A model generated the notes under the pieces. That model made no database searches. It saw only the letters and a list, made by a program, of their open reading frames with translations, and was not told where the DNA came from. The position numbers and the translations under genes are program-made. From NCBI GenBank assembly GCA_034439575.1, contig JAWXAQ010000016.1, forward strand, positions 32,001 through 96,000: a stretch of DNA of 64,000 nt, given 5' to 3'. The stretch is from Leptospira sp. (lineage in GTDB: Bacteria > Spirochaetota > Leptospiria > Leptospirales > Leptospiraceae). Below are positions 38,470-47,317 of this stretch, piece by piece. The stretch's first letter is position 1, and the number at the start of each line of letters is the position of its first letter.

Positions 38470-39764
38470 ATAACTCATCAATCGAATGGACAGACAAAAC
38501 CTGGAATCCTGTTTCAGGCTGCTCAAAGGTTTCCGCTGGATGTAAGAACTGCTATGCGGATGCAATGTTTACGAGATTCAAATCGAAATGGGGTGAGTTC
38601 AACGATGTGAAGTGCCACGAGGACAAACTCGATGAACCGTTTAAGTTGAAGAAGCCGTCAAAGATTTTCGTGAATTCAATGAGCGATTTGTTCCATGAGA
38701 AGGTGCCATTCGAGTTTATCGATAAAGTTATGGCTGTCATTGCACTCAATCCGAAACACACTTTCCAAGTTCTTACCAAAAGACCAGAAAGAATGAAAGA
38801 GTATTTCGATTCATGGAATCAAATTGGCGGTGATTTCAATTTAACTGAGGCGATGGATGAAATAGAGGAAGAACTCTTACGTCACGAAATTTCTGGCGAA
38901 CTCAAAAAGCAATTTCGTCCCGAACGTGGAAATGAAATCGATGACTCATTAATATACGATTCACGTCCACCTGTCATTCTGAAAAACCTATGGCTCGGTG
39001 TCTCTGTCGAAGATCAAAAGACCGCCGATGAGAGAATCCCAGTTTTGTTACATATTCCAAGCTACATTCGGTTTCTATCCTGTGAACCGTTATTAGGTCG
39101 AATTAAGTTCGATGATCTTTTAAAAAATTGGAATGCTTATGATCCAAAAATGTTCAAAATCGATTGGGTAATTGTAGGAGGGGAATCTGGAATAGGGGCA
39201 AGAGAGATGCATCCAGACTGGGTTCGCTCTATCTTGAGTGAATGTGCCGATATGAGTATACCATTCTTTTTCAAGCAGTGGGGGGAGTGGATCTCGACAG
39301 ATCAAGGTTCAGAACTTGATGAAATTCCCGTAAAGCCAGAACATTTAATTCCTATAAATATAGGAGGAAGACTGTCGACGCATTCTTTGATAAAAGTCGG
39401 CAAGAAAAAAGCTGGCTCATTGTTAGACGGCAAAGAATGGAAAGAGTTTCCAAGGGTTGGGGGAATGAGTATGGAAAATAATAAACCAACAGAACTTGAA
39501 GAAAAAATCATACAAGCTGCACATATCGCTTGTATGGAATCTGGAATGGAAAAATCTCCAACCCCTAATCGGCTAATTGATAAACTTCGCAAAATCATGC
39601 CACCTACTTGCACAACTAACGAAAGGCAATTTTTGGATGAGATAAGAGAAAAGTGCAAATGGTTCCCATACAGTGATGGAATGATTGGAATGAAACCAAA
39701 TGGCAACGCGACCAACATTTTTCAGGTAAATTTTGAGACAAACTTAAGGGAGCTAGTAGAATGA
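38466..39764 (+). CDS. DUF5131 (phage Gp37/Gp68) radical-SAM-like protein with extra C-terminal domain
   Basis: SIEWTDKTWNPVSGCSKVSAGCKNCYA, IFVNSMSDLFHE, FLSCEPLLG, DWVIVGGESG, FFFKQWG, LDGKEWKEFP. Confidence 0.9.
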   Translation: MNNSSIEWTDKTWNPVSGCSKVSAGCKNCYADAMFTRFKSKWGEFNDVKCHEDKLDEPFKLKKPSKIFVNSMSDLFHEKVPFEFIDKVMAVIALNPKHTFQVLTKRPERMKEYFDSWNQIGGDFNLTEAMDEIEEELLRHEISGELKKQFRPERGNEIDDSLIYDSRPPVILKNLWLGVSVEDQKTADERIPVLLHIPSYIRFLSCEPLLGRIKFDDLLKNWNAYDPKMFKIDWVIVGGESGIGAREMHPDWVRSILSECADMSIPFFFKQWGEWISTDQGSELDEIPVKPEHLIPINIGGRLSTHSLIKVGKKKAGSLLDGKEWKEFPRVGGMSMENNKPTELEEKIIQAAHIACMESGMEKSPTPNRLIDKLRKIMPPTCTTNERQFLDEIREKCKWFPYSDGMIGMKPNGNATNIFQVNFETNLRELVE

Positions 39765-40171
39765 GTGAAATTAAATACGATAACGAAAAAAACGTTTGTG
39801 CTTGCGATAAATTTTCATTTCTTTTGGACGACTACGAATCCGAACGTCTTGCACATGAAGCGACAAAGCGAGAACTGGAACAACAAAAGCACGATACCTA
39901 CCTAGTAACTAAAGAATATGAACGAGTATCAAAGGAACTGGAAGAGTTAAAACTAATTAACAAAATCGCGGTTCAAGGGTTAAACGATGCTTTAAAAGAA
40001 AAACAAAAACAATTTGAAGACTTAACTAGGCTGATCCAATTTGTGATTCCAAAGACCCAGGTTAGTCTATTCTCTGAAAGTGTAAAATCACCTAGGGCGC
40101 ATAAAGCAATTATTGGTTGTATTAATAAAATGACAGCAATTATCGAATCATCAAGAGGTAATCATGAGTAA
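39761..40171 (+). CDS. Phage hypothetical coiled-coil protein
   Basis: 136-aa ORF, GGGAG RBS. Confidence 0.6.
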   Translation: MSEIKYDNEKNVCACDKFSFLLDDYESERLAHEATKRELEQQKHDTYLVTKEYERVSKELEELKLINKIAVQGLNDALKEKQKQFEDLTRLIQFVIPKTQVSLFSESVKSPRAHKAIIGCINKMTAIIESSRGNHE

Positions 40172-40286
40172 GATACGAAGATTCACAACAAACCCGATTC
40201 AAGGACACCCTCCATGCATTTTTGAAACAGAAGATGGCGAACTATGCTTATATTCGGATTTGGAAGCGACAAAGCGAGAACTGGAA
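39857..40286 (+). repeat. 24-bp direct repeat shared by adjacent genes
   Basis: GAAGCGACAAAGCGAGAACTGGAA at 39857-39880 and 40263-40286 (EATKRELE). Confidence 0.85.
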
Positions 40287-40475
40287 GAGTTGCAAGTTGC
40301 GTTGCAAAATATAGCTCACCCTATTAATTATTTGCAAAATTTAGCTGATAAAGAAGGGCATAAATTAAGTGGCGAAAAAGCCATCAAGTTGAGCCAAGAC
40401 CCAAATTGGCTTACAGGATTGGCTAAAAACGCAATCGAAGCCTCCCGTCAAAGAGCAAAGGAGAAACAAGGATGA
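40164..40475 (+). CDS. Phage hypothetical protein
   Basis: 103-aa ORF, GAGG RBS. Confidence 0.6.
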   Translation: MSKIRRFTTNPIQGHPPCIFETEDGELCLYSDLEATKRELEELQVALQNIAHPINYLQNLADKEGHKLSGEKAIKLSQDPNWLTGLAKNAIEASRQRAKEKQG

Positions 40476-40711
40476 GCTCACAAATTTGTATCCACTGTCA
40501 ATGCCTAATGCATCCTTTCGAAAGTGAAAAAGGAAACGGTAACGAGTGCATGGGTTGTATTGATCCACGAGATGAAATTGAGGATGATGATCCTTATTTT
40601 TTTTGTGATGATTGCCAATATGATTTTTGCTCTGATTTTGGTTGTGAAATAAAAAATGGGATTTTGCAACCAGATGTAGAAGGGTGGGGGATGCCGTTAA
40701 GTGAAAGATGA
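40472..40711 (+). CDS. Small acidic Cys-rich phage protein
   Basis: 79 aa with multiple CxxC; ATGA overlap. Confidence 0.55.
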   Translation: MSSQICIHCQCLMHPFESEKGNGNECMGCIDPRDEIEDDDPYFFCDDCQYDFCSDFGCEIKNGILQPDVEGWGMPLSER

Positions 40712-40729
40712 AAAAAAAGGAACCAAACA

Positions 40730-41077
40730 ATGATAAGATTTTTTAATATATTCTTTTATTTCCAAATCCTCATCTTGTTTTCAAAAAGGCTTCGGGAACT
40801 TTACCGATATTCTCCTATAGAAGTTCGTGGAATGACCTTCCCAGGATTAATGCTTTTTCGTCCTTCATTTGCATTCTCAAAGTACCATAAAAATACAATC
40901 GTATGCTTAGAGAATAATGAGAATCAAATGAATATCAGAGCAGATTTCTTTATTCAAGGTCTGGTAGAAAATCCAGAAATTTGGAAAAAAATTGAAGAGG
41001 CAAGAACTAGATTTATAACTGAAAGAAACTGCGAAGTCAAATACGGTGATGCGTGGTTTAGGATTAAAGAGTTCTAG
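40730..41077 (+). CDS. Phage hypothetical protein
   Basis: 115-aa ORF. Confidence 0.5.
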   Translation: MIRFFNIFFYFQILILFSKRLRELYRYSPIEVRGMTFPGLMLFRPSFAFSKYHKNTIVCLENNENQMNIRADFFIQGLVENPEIWKKIEEARTRFITERNCEVKYGDAWFRIKEF

Positions 41078-41470
41078 ATGATACCAATTTGTAGAGTTTG
41101 GGATATCAAAAATGAAAAGATGATCTATCTTTCGGAATTTGAGAGATGGGGAATTATCGATCATACCAAAGATTCTACTCAAATCGCAACCGGACCAAAT
41201 TGTATTTTTGTCTCTGATAATCCCGAATGCTTTGTTTGGATGCAGTTCTTGGGAACTCAAGATGCAAATGGGAATGATATTTTTGAGTTAGATATTCTAA
41301 AAGATGAATGGCATGATAATAATTACGCAATACCTTCCATAGAAGAAGGTCAGATTAATTTCAATTTAGGAATATTCGAATGTGGCGTTTCCCAAGCAAA
41401 TGATTCTATTAAGCTTGGAAATAAATTTGAAAATAAAGATATCTTCGAAAGAGTAGCAGAATTTTTATGA
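41078..41470 (+). CDS. YopX family phage protein
   Basis: CRVWDIKNEKMI...MQFLGTQDANGNDIFELDILK...LGNKFENKD. Confidence 0.8.
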   Translation: MIPICRVWDIKNEKMIYLSEFERWGIIDHTKDSTQIATGPNCIFVSDNPECFVWMQFLGTQDANGNDIFELDILKDEWHDNNYAIPSIEEGQINFNLGIFECGVSQANDSIKLGNKFENKDIFERVAEFL

Positions 41471-41703
41471 ACGATTTAGAAAAAAAGGAAATTATGCTGA
41501 AATGGGTAGCCGATTGTGCTGAACTTCAGGCATTAAAAGAAATAGAAATCGCAAAAGTAAAAATCAATTTGGCAACTTCCTTACTAAAAAATCCTCTAGG
41601 AACATTATTAGCTTTATCAACAACAGATTTTTACCAAAACCAAATAGACGCGATTCGATCACAGGCACCTCCACCATGTCCGTTATGGTTTAAGGAAGGT
41701 TAA
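41467..41703 (+). CDS. Phage hypothetical protein
   Basis: 78-aa ORF with ATGA overlap. Confidence 0.5.
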   Translation: MNDLEKKEIMLKWVADCAELQALKEIEIAKVKINLATSLLKNPLGTLLALSTTDFYQNQIDAIRSQAPPPCPLWFKEG

Positions 41704-41791
41704 TTCCCCAGTATATCAAAAAAATAGTTTACTTCTAAGTTCATTCTTTAGTGTGAAATATAACTAATTAATGTTATACGAGGTAGATTAG

Positions 41792-42208
41792 ATGAAAGCA
41801 ATTAAAGAGATTATTGAAACAAACGGTGGGATGGGATATTTAAAAAACCATCCGTCGATTAAAATTCAGAACAGTGTATATATGGATTTGATCATAGAAT
41901 ACATTGGTGATGATGAGAGAGGAAATCCTCTTATTTCTGTAGCACATTATTATGTGCAGAATGGCGATCTAATGTCAGATCCAGAAATAGTATTTTCCGT
42001 AGACATCGATTGGAACTTTACTCCTATTTCTATAACTCAATCGGCTTTCGGAAGATACCATGAAGTGTATTTTGTCCGAGATGGAAAGTATTACAAGAAT
42101 CTAGTTTTATACAAGGAACTGGTCGGATTCTCAAAAATATGGAATAAGAATATTGTTGAGCAAGGATTTGTCAAAGTCTTCAAAAAGCTAAAGGCGATTG
42201 CGTGTTAG
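41792..42208 (+). CDS. DUF1249/DUF6908-like protein
   Basis: YMDLIIE...ISVAHYYVQNGDLMSDPEIVF...WNKNIVEQGF; GAGG RBS after an AT-rich gap. Confidence 0.7.
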   Translation: MKAIKEIIETNGGMGYLKNHPSIKIQNSVYMDLIIEYIGDDERGNPLISVAHYYVQNGDLMSDPEIVFSVDIDWNFTPISITQSAFGRYHEVYFVRDGKYYKNLVLYKELVGFSKIWNKNIVEQGFVKVFKKLKAIAC

Positions 42209-42435
42209 CGAATGATTTACAATCACCAGATAATCTTTCTGGTGATTCCTTGGAAGATATTCACTATCAATTGAAATTAATAAAGCTAATGTTGCTTAGT
42301 GGAGAGATTGACTATGAACGTGCAAAAGAAAAGGCAAAGCCTTACATCGAAATTCTTAATGCAAAAGCGAACATTATTGCTCGTAAGTACGGAAAACAAT
42401 TTTATCCAATTAGCTTTTTAGGATTCATGAGATGA
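42202..42435 (+). CDS. Hypothetical protein
   Basis: 77-aa ORF coupled to its neighbours. Confidence 0.55.
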   Translation: MLANDLQSPDNLSGDSLEDIHYQLKLIKLMLLSGEIDYERAKEKAKPYIEILNAKANIIARKYGKQFYPISFLGFMR

Positions 42436-42812
42436 AGATTTATACAAGCTACTTCGGATTTGTTAAGAAACTCCCAGAGACAATTATTCCGATATCAATT
42501 TCGAGATATGCGAGATTTTGGAAAGGAAGAGAGTATAAGAATTTGGCTCCCGATCCAGCAATTATGAATTATTCTGAAGAAAGATACTCAGAAAGATTTA
42601 ACGCATATCTAGAATCACTAAATATCGAGAGAGTGATAGAAGAATTGCTTATACTTTCTTCAGGGAAAGATTGTGCTCTTTTGTGCTACGAAAAACCAGA
42701 GGACTTCTGTCATAGAAAATTAGTCGCTAGGTGGATTCAAAATAAAAAAGGGATTGAAGTTTCAGAATTCGTTGATCAATCTGATTCGGAGAATCCCGGG
42801 TTATTTAGCTGA
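42432..42812 (+). CDS. DUF488-like protein
   Basis: MKIYTSYF...ISISR...YKNLAP...ALLCYEKPEDFCHRKLVARW. Confidence 0.8.
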   Translation: MKIYTSYFGFVKKLPETIIPISISRYARFWKGREYKNLAPDPAIMNYSEERYSERFNAYLESLNIERVIEELLILSSGKDCALLCYEKPEDFCHRKLVARWIQNKKGIEVSEFVDQSDSENPGLFS

Positions 42813-44107
42813 GTTTTATTGGATCTGTACCACCTGAAGCAAGAGCAATCTTAATAGATTTGTTACAATTTGTCCCCAAATCAGAACATCTTTACGTTGG
42901 ATGTTCTGGGAATTTCACTATAGATAGAATCTTATCCAATCAAGGTTATTCTATTCATTCCAACGATGTTTCTTTATATTCTAAAACGATTTCGGAAATC
43001 GTTCTTGGGAAAAAATCTGAATTCATTTGTATCGATCCAATTTACAAATCAGTTTTTTCAAAATGGAAGGACTCGAAATTCAAATCCATAATTCAGATTA
43101 TGTTCGTGCTAAAAACTTCTGCATTCAGGCCATGCAAAAATGATTATCAAAAATCGATGTGGGAATCTTACCTACAAAAGTCGGATGAGTTTTATGAGAA
43201 GAGCCTCAATAAATTTGAAAAGAATGAAGTTTTTGATTTTAAGATCGATTCATTTCATTACGGAGATTTTCGAGATCACATAAGTGAAGCACGCGGAACC
43301 TCTTTAATTTTTGCACCTACATACAAAGGTGGATATGAAAAAATTTATCAGACGATCGAAGAAGTCTTTGAATATGAAAGGGCTGTTTATTCAATTTTCG
43401 ATAGTAAAGCCGCTGGAAGTATTTATTTAGACATTTTGGAAAAAGGGAAATCCATTATTTATTCTGACATAGATTTTAAGGAATTGAGTACTTATAAAAG
43501 AGGAGTGGTTCAATTTCCAAAGAAGAGGAATATATTCCTTTATTCAAATGTGAGTGATAAAAAGTATTTTTTTACAACTCCAGAATCCAAAAAAGATCTA
43601 AATGCAAAGATAATTCCTTCTGATTTTTCTTTCTCGAATTCCACAAAGATATCCATAGCGAAAGTACAATCTGAATTAATTTTCCACTACAAGCACTTGT
43701 TCATGTCTTCAAGAGTGAATTACTCGGAAAACGAAGACTTCGGAATCGCATTTTTAGCGGACGGAATGATTTTTGGGTTTGCTGGGTTTAATAAATTTAT
43801 GAGTTCGGAAGAAAACTTATTTTTATCTAGCGACTTTGTTTTTCCATCCGGAGAGAAAAGACTATCAAAACTCCTTATCATGCTTCTTCTTTCGAAGGAG
43901 ATTAGGAAGCTATTAATTCGGCACTACATCCATGCTTATCAAGGTCTTAAGACTTCTGTTTATACTGAGCATCCAATTTCTATGAAATACCGCGGCATTT
44001 TTGAATTACTTGATCGGAAAAAGGGGAAACTTGTCTACCAGCAAGAATTCAAAAATGAATATATTAACGAGGTATTTATTAGGTGGTTCAAAACAAAGAG
44101 GAAATAA
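42809..44107 (+). CDS. Adenine methyltransferase-like domain fused to a GNAT/Mom-like domain (putative anti-restriction DNA modifier)
   Basis: YVGCSGNF and SNDVS (SAM-binding-like), FAPTYKGGY (motif IV-like); C-terminal LSSDF...KRLSKLL...TSVYTEHPISMKYRG; start CTG 42809 (ORF track: TTG 42860). Confidence 0.65.
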   Translation: MSFIGSVPPEARAILIDLLQFVPKSEHLYVGCSGNFTIDRILSNQGYSIHSNDVSLYSKTISEIVLGKKSEFICIDPIYKSVFSKWKDSKFKSIIQIMFVLKTSAFRPCKNDYQKSMWESYLQKSDEFYEKSLNKFEKNEVFDFKIDSFHYGDFRDHISEARGTSLIFAPTYKGGYEKIYQTIEEVFEYERAVYSIFDSKAAGSIYLDILEKGKSIIYSDIDFKELSTYKRGVVQFPKKRNIFLYSNVSDKKYFFTTPESKKDLNAKIIPSDFSFSNSTKISIAKVQSELIFHYKHLFMSSRVNYSENEDFGIAFLADGMIFGFAGFNKFMSSEENLFLSSDFVFPSGEKRLSKLLIMLLLSKEIRKLLIRHYIHAYQGLKTSVYTEHPISMKYRGIFELLDRKKGKLVYQQEFKNEYINEVFIRWFKTKRK

Positions 44108-44820
44108 GGAAGAAGCTCGAAGAAATAAACGAGATCATTTCTCCCTATAAACTGGCTTGGGTAAATCCCCAAGAGGATTGCGAACTTCTACGCAATAACG
44201 CAAGATACATGACTCCAGACCAAATGGAGAAGCTAGTTCGGAATATTAAAACGGATGGTTTCCTTTCCCAGCTTCCTTTTGCAGTGAAATCGGGTGAAAA
44301 ATTCAGAATAATTTCTGGAAATCACAGAGTAACCGCAGCGATCAAGGCCAGTCTTTTGGGAATCCTTATCCTCTATGTAGATGAGATAGACGCACAAAAG
44401 GAAATCGCGATCCAGTTATCTCACAATTCTATCGTTGGCCAGGATGATATCGGAATTCTAAAACAACTCTATAGCCAGATCCAAGAGATTGATCTTAAAG
44501 CCTATTCAGGTATAGATGAGAAATTACTCCTCAATTATCAAATACCTGAATTAGTTCCTATATCTGAATCAGACATCCAGCTAAATGAAGTAAGACTTTT
44601 TTACTCAGATTTAGATTTAACCAGGTTTGATCAGATACTAGAACGATTAGAAAAATCAATCATCGATGAGAAAAGAGACAGGATCATTTTTGGTGATTTT
44701 ACCAACTTTGTTGAAACTTTAACAAAAGTTAAGAAAAAGATAAATGTAAAAAATCATTCAGTTGCTTTTATTCGAATGCTGGAAATTTGCGAAGACTATT
44801 TAAACGAAAAGGAAGCTTAA
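44083..44820 (+). CDS. ParB/Srx-like N-terminal domain protein
   Basis: NARYM...LVRNIKTDGFLSQLP...IISGNHRVTAA...QLSHNSIVGQDD. Confidence 0.8.
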   Translation: MVQNKEEIRKKLEEINEIISPYKLAWVNPQEDCELLRNNARYMTPDQMEKLVRNIKTDGFLSQLPFAVKSGEKFRIISGNHRVTAAIKASLLGILILYVDEIDAQKEIAIQLSHNSIVGQDDIGILKQLYSQIQEIDLKAYSGIDEKLLLNYQIPELVPISESDIQLNEVRLFYSDLDLTRFDQILERLEKSIIDEKRDRIIFGDFTNFVETLTKVKKKINVKNHSVAFIRMLEICEDYLNEKEA

Positions 44821-45263
44821 TGCGAAACCATGGACGCCCATCCAAACTAACAGAAGATACGAAAAAGAAACTTTTTGCAGCTATTTCCAATGGCCATAGT
44901 TATGAAACTGCATGTGCCCTTAGCGGAATTTCCGAGAGAACATTTTACTTCTGGAAAAAAAAAGCAGAGAATCAAAATGAGAGAGGTGAATTTTTTCAGT
45001 TTATTCAGGAACTAAAAAGCACCGAGGCGATCGCTAAAGTAAAACTACTAAACGATATTCAAAAAGACCCTTCCTGGCAGTCCAAAGCCTGGATACTTGA
45101 AAGACGTTGGTCCAGGGAATGGGGTAAGAAGCAATTAGTGGATCTCCTGAATGAAAAGCTAAAAGATATTGATTTCAATCGTCTCACCGATATTCAGCTG
45201 AACAGGATTCAGAGCGGTGAAGATGTGTTAGATGTTCTTTTGGAGGACTTAAAAGCTAGGTAG
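44820..45263 (+). CDS. HTH-type small terminase-like protein
   Basis: GRPSKLT...ETACALSGISERTFYFW...WQSKAWILERRWSREWG. Confidence 0.65.
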   Translation: MRNHGRPSKLTEDTKKKLFAAISNGHSYETACALSGISERTFYFWKKKAENQNERGEFFQFIQELKSTEAIAKVKLLNDIQKDPSWQSKAWILERRWSREWGKKQLVDLLNEKLKDIDFNRLTDIQLNRIQSGEDVLDVLLEDLKAR

Positions 45264-45269
45264 GTATTT

Positions 45270-45872
45270 ATGAAAAAAAGCTCTAAAACAAAAATTAATG
45301 ATAAGCAAAAACTCTTTATTCAGAGCTTTATTACGGATTTTAACGCTTCGCGTGCTTATCGCGAAGTTTATGGAGTAAAGAACGAAAGAACGGCAGTGGC
45401 AGCTAGTTCCAGATTGTTGACAAATGTTGACATTGTTCAATATAAGAACGAACTCCTTAAGCAAATCTTGGATTCGAAAATTGAGGATTTGAGGTATAGA
45501 ATTCAAAACGAATTAGTGGTAAGATCTTTTATCAGAGTAAATGATGTAATGAATAAGGAAGGGGAATTTGATCTTGAGAAAATAAAGAATCTCCCATTAG
45601 GAATGGTTAAGAAAATCACGATCATCAAGGAATTCACAAAGGACGGTAGCCCGATAATGAATCACCATCTTGAATTAGGTGATAATCATAAGCCTCTCGA
45701 ACTTTTAGGAAAAACCGTTGGATCTTTTGACAAAATAAATCAATCGGATGTGTTACAATTCTTAAAGGATATTGATCTGACAAAACTTTCAGAAGACCAG
45801 TTACTGCGTATCAGTAATGGTGAGAATCCGCTAGAGGTACTCTTTGGCCATTACCGCCGTATTACCGCTTGA
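45270..45872 (+). CDS. terS: Terminase small subunit
   Basis: KQKLFIQSFITDFNASRAY...AASSRLLTNVDI...KPLELLGK. Confidence 0.85.
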   Translation: MKKSSKTKINDKQKLFIQSFITDFNASRAYREVYGVKNERTAVAASSRLLTNVDIVQYKNELLKQILDSKIEDLRYRIQNELVVRSFIRVNDVMNKEGEFDLEKIKNLPLGMVKKITIIKEFTKDGSPIMNHHLELGDNHKPLELLGKTVGSFDKINQSDVLQFLKDIDLTKLSEDQLLRISNGENPLEVLFGHYRRITA

Positions 45873-47280
45873 GCTAAGAGTTAAGATCGCTCGTGAAATC
45901 AAATCACGAGAGGACGATTCTGAGAAGCAAGAGATTCTATCTTTCAAGGAGTTTATTCGTAAGTTTATACCGCATTTTAAATTTTACTGGCACACTGAAG
46001 TAATCATTCAGCGCCTTCAGGATGTTGCAGATGGAAAGATCAATCGTTTGATGATCTTTCTGCCTCCGAGACATTCCAAATCGGAACTTGTTTCAAGAAT
46101 TTTCCCAGCATACATCCAGTATGCTTATAAAAATCGTCATGTTGGCCTCTGTTCGTATTCTGCGGACTTAGCAACTGGTTTTGGATGGGATGCCCGAGAG
46201 AACTATAAAAGAACCGGTGGAAGGCTTTTAAAAGAAGCTTCGAAGAAATGGAAAGCCTGGCATGGCGGTGAGATGTGGTCGGCTGGGGTCGGCGGTCCCA
46301 TTACTGGAAAGGGTTTTCACATTGGAGAAATTGATGATCCGATCAAGAATGCTCAGGATGCTCAATCAGAGACCATAAGAACAAAGCATATTCAATGGTA
46401 TCAATCCACTTTTTATTCCAGAGCAGAACCAGGTGAAGCTATCATACTTTGTATGACGAGGTGGCATGAAGGGGACCTTGCCGGTTGGCTTCTTGATCAA
46501 GAAAAAATCGGTGATGAGGAATCTGAGCGATGGCACATCATTCATTATGAAGCCATAAAGACATCCAAAGCATATAAATATCCAGATAGCTGCACCGTTG
46601 AACCAGACCCACGTAAAACAGGCGATGCCCTATGTCCTGAAAGATATCCAGTAAGTAGGCTTAAACGTATCGAAAAGCGAATCGGTTCATACTATTGGAA
46701 TGCACTTTATCAAGGATGGCCAACTTCCTTCGGTGGAAATATTGTTCGAAAAGAATGGATAAGAGAATACACTCATCTTCCTGAAGGAAATCGATTATAC
46801 ATTCAATCTTGGGACCTTACTTTTGATGATACTGTAAATTCAGATTATGTTGTTGGAACAGTTTGGTGCAAGATCGGTGCGAATAAGTATTTAATCGATA
46901 TGTATAGAAAACAGGCCGACATCATCGAAACGATGAGGGCAATAAGAACTTTCAAGAGCATTTATCCAGAAACATCTGCAATTCTTATAGAAAACGCTGC
47001 AAATGGAAAGGCAACTAACAAACTTTTAAAAAATGAAATTGCAGGGATTATTTTACGAGATCCAGCTGGGAGCAAGCCGGATAGATTACGCGCTGCAGCT
47101 CCTCAATTTGAAGCTGGCAATGTATTCTTTCCCAAAAACTCAGCGTTCGTAGATCTTGTCGTACACGAGTTACTTGGCTTCCCAACCGCCAAACATGATG
47201 ACATTGTTGATACGATTTCAATGGGCCTTCTGTATCTTGAAAATCCAGATGTCTTTAAACCGAATTTTGTTTATGTATAA
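45844..47280 (+). CDS. terL: Terminase large subunit
   Basis: PPRHSKS Walker A, ITGKG...IDDPIKN, TRWHEGD, QSWDLTF, IENAANG, HDDIVD. Confidence 0.95.
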   Translation: MAITAVLPLELRVKIAREIKSREDDSEKQEILSFKEFIRKFIPHFKFYWHTEVIIQRLQDVADGKINRLMIFLPPRHSKSELVSRIFPAYIQYAYKNRHVGLCSYSADLATGFGWDARENYKRTGGRLLKEASKKWKAWHGGEMWSAGVGGPITGKGFHIGEIDDPIKNAQDAQSETIRTKHIQWYQSTFYSRAEPGEAIILCMTRWHEGDLAGWLLDQEKIGDEESERWHIIHYEAIKTSKAYKYPDSCTVEPDPRKTGDALCPERYPVSRLKRIEKRIGSYYWNALYQGWPTSFGGNIVRKEWIREYTHLPEGNRLYIQSWDLTFDDTVNSDYVVGTVWCKIGANKYLIDMYRKQADIIETMRAIRTFKSIYPETSAILIENAANGKATNKLLKNEIAGIILRDPAGSKPDRLRAAAPQFEAGNVFFPKNSAFVDLVVHELLGFPTAKHDDIVDTISMGLLYLENPDVFKPNFVYV

Positions 47281-47288
47281 TTTTTTTC

Positions 47289-47317
47289 TTGACTCGGATC
47301 TTTTATGTCTCTAAGTT
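47289..47317 (+). promoter_or_regulatory. Sigma70-like promoter of the structural operon
   Basis: TTGACT-N17-TAAGTT in the terL-portal gap. Confidence 0.55.

Noticed and set aside
36748-40286. Direct repeats as a possible CRISPR array
   Set aside because: Only two copies each, coding, spaced 350-400 bp apart, and no cas genes
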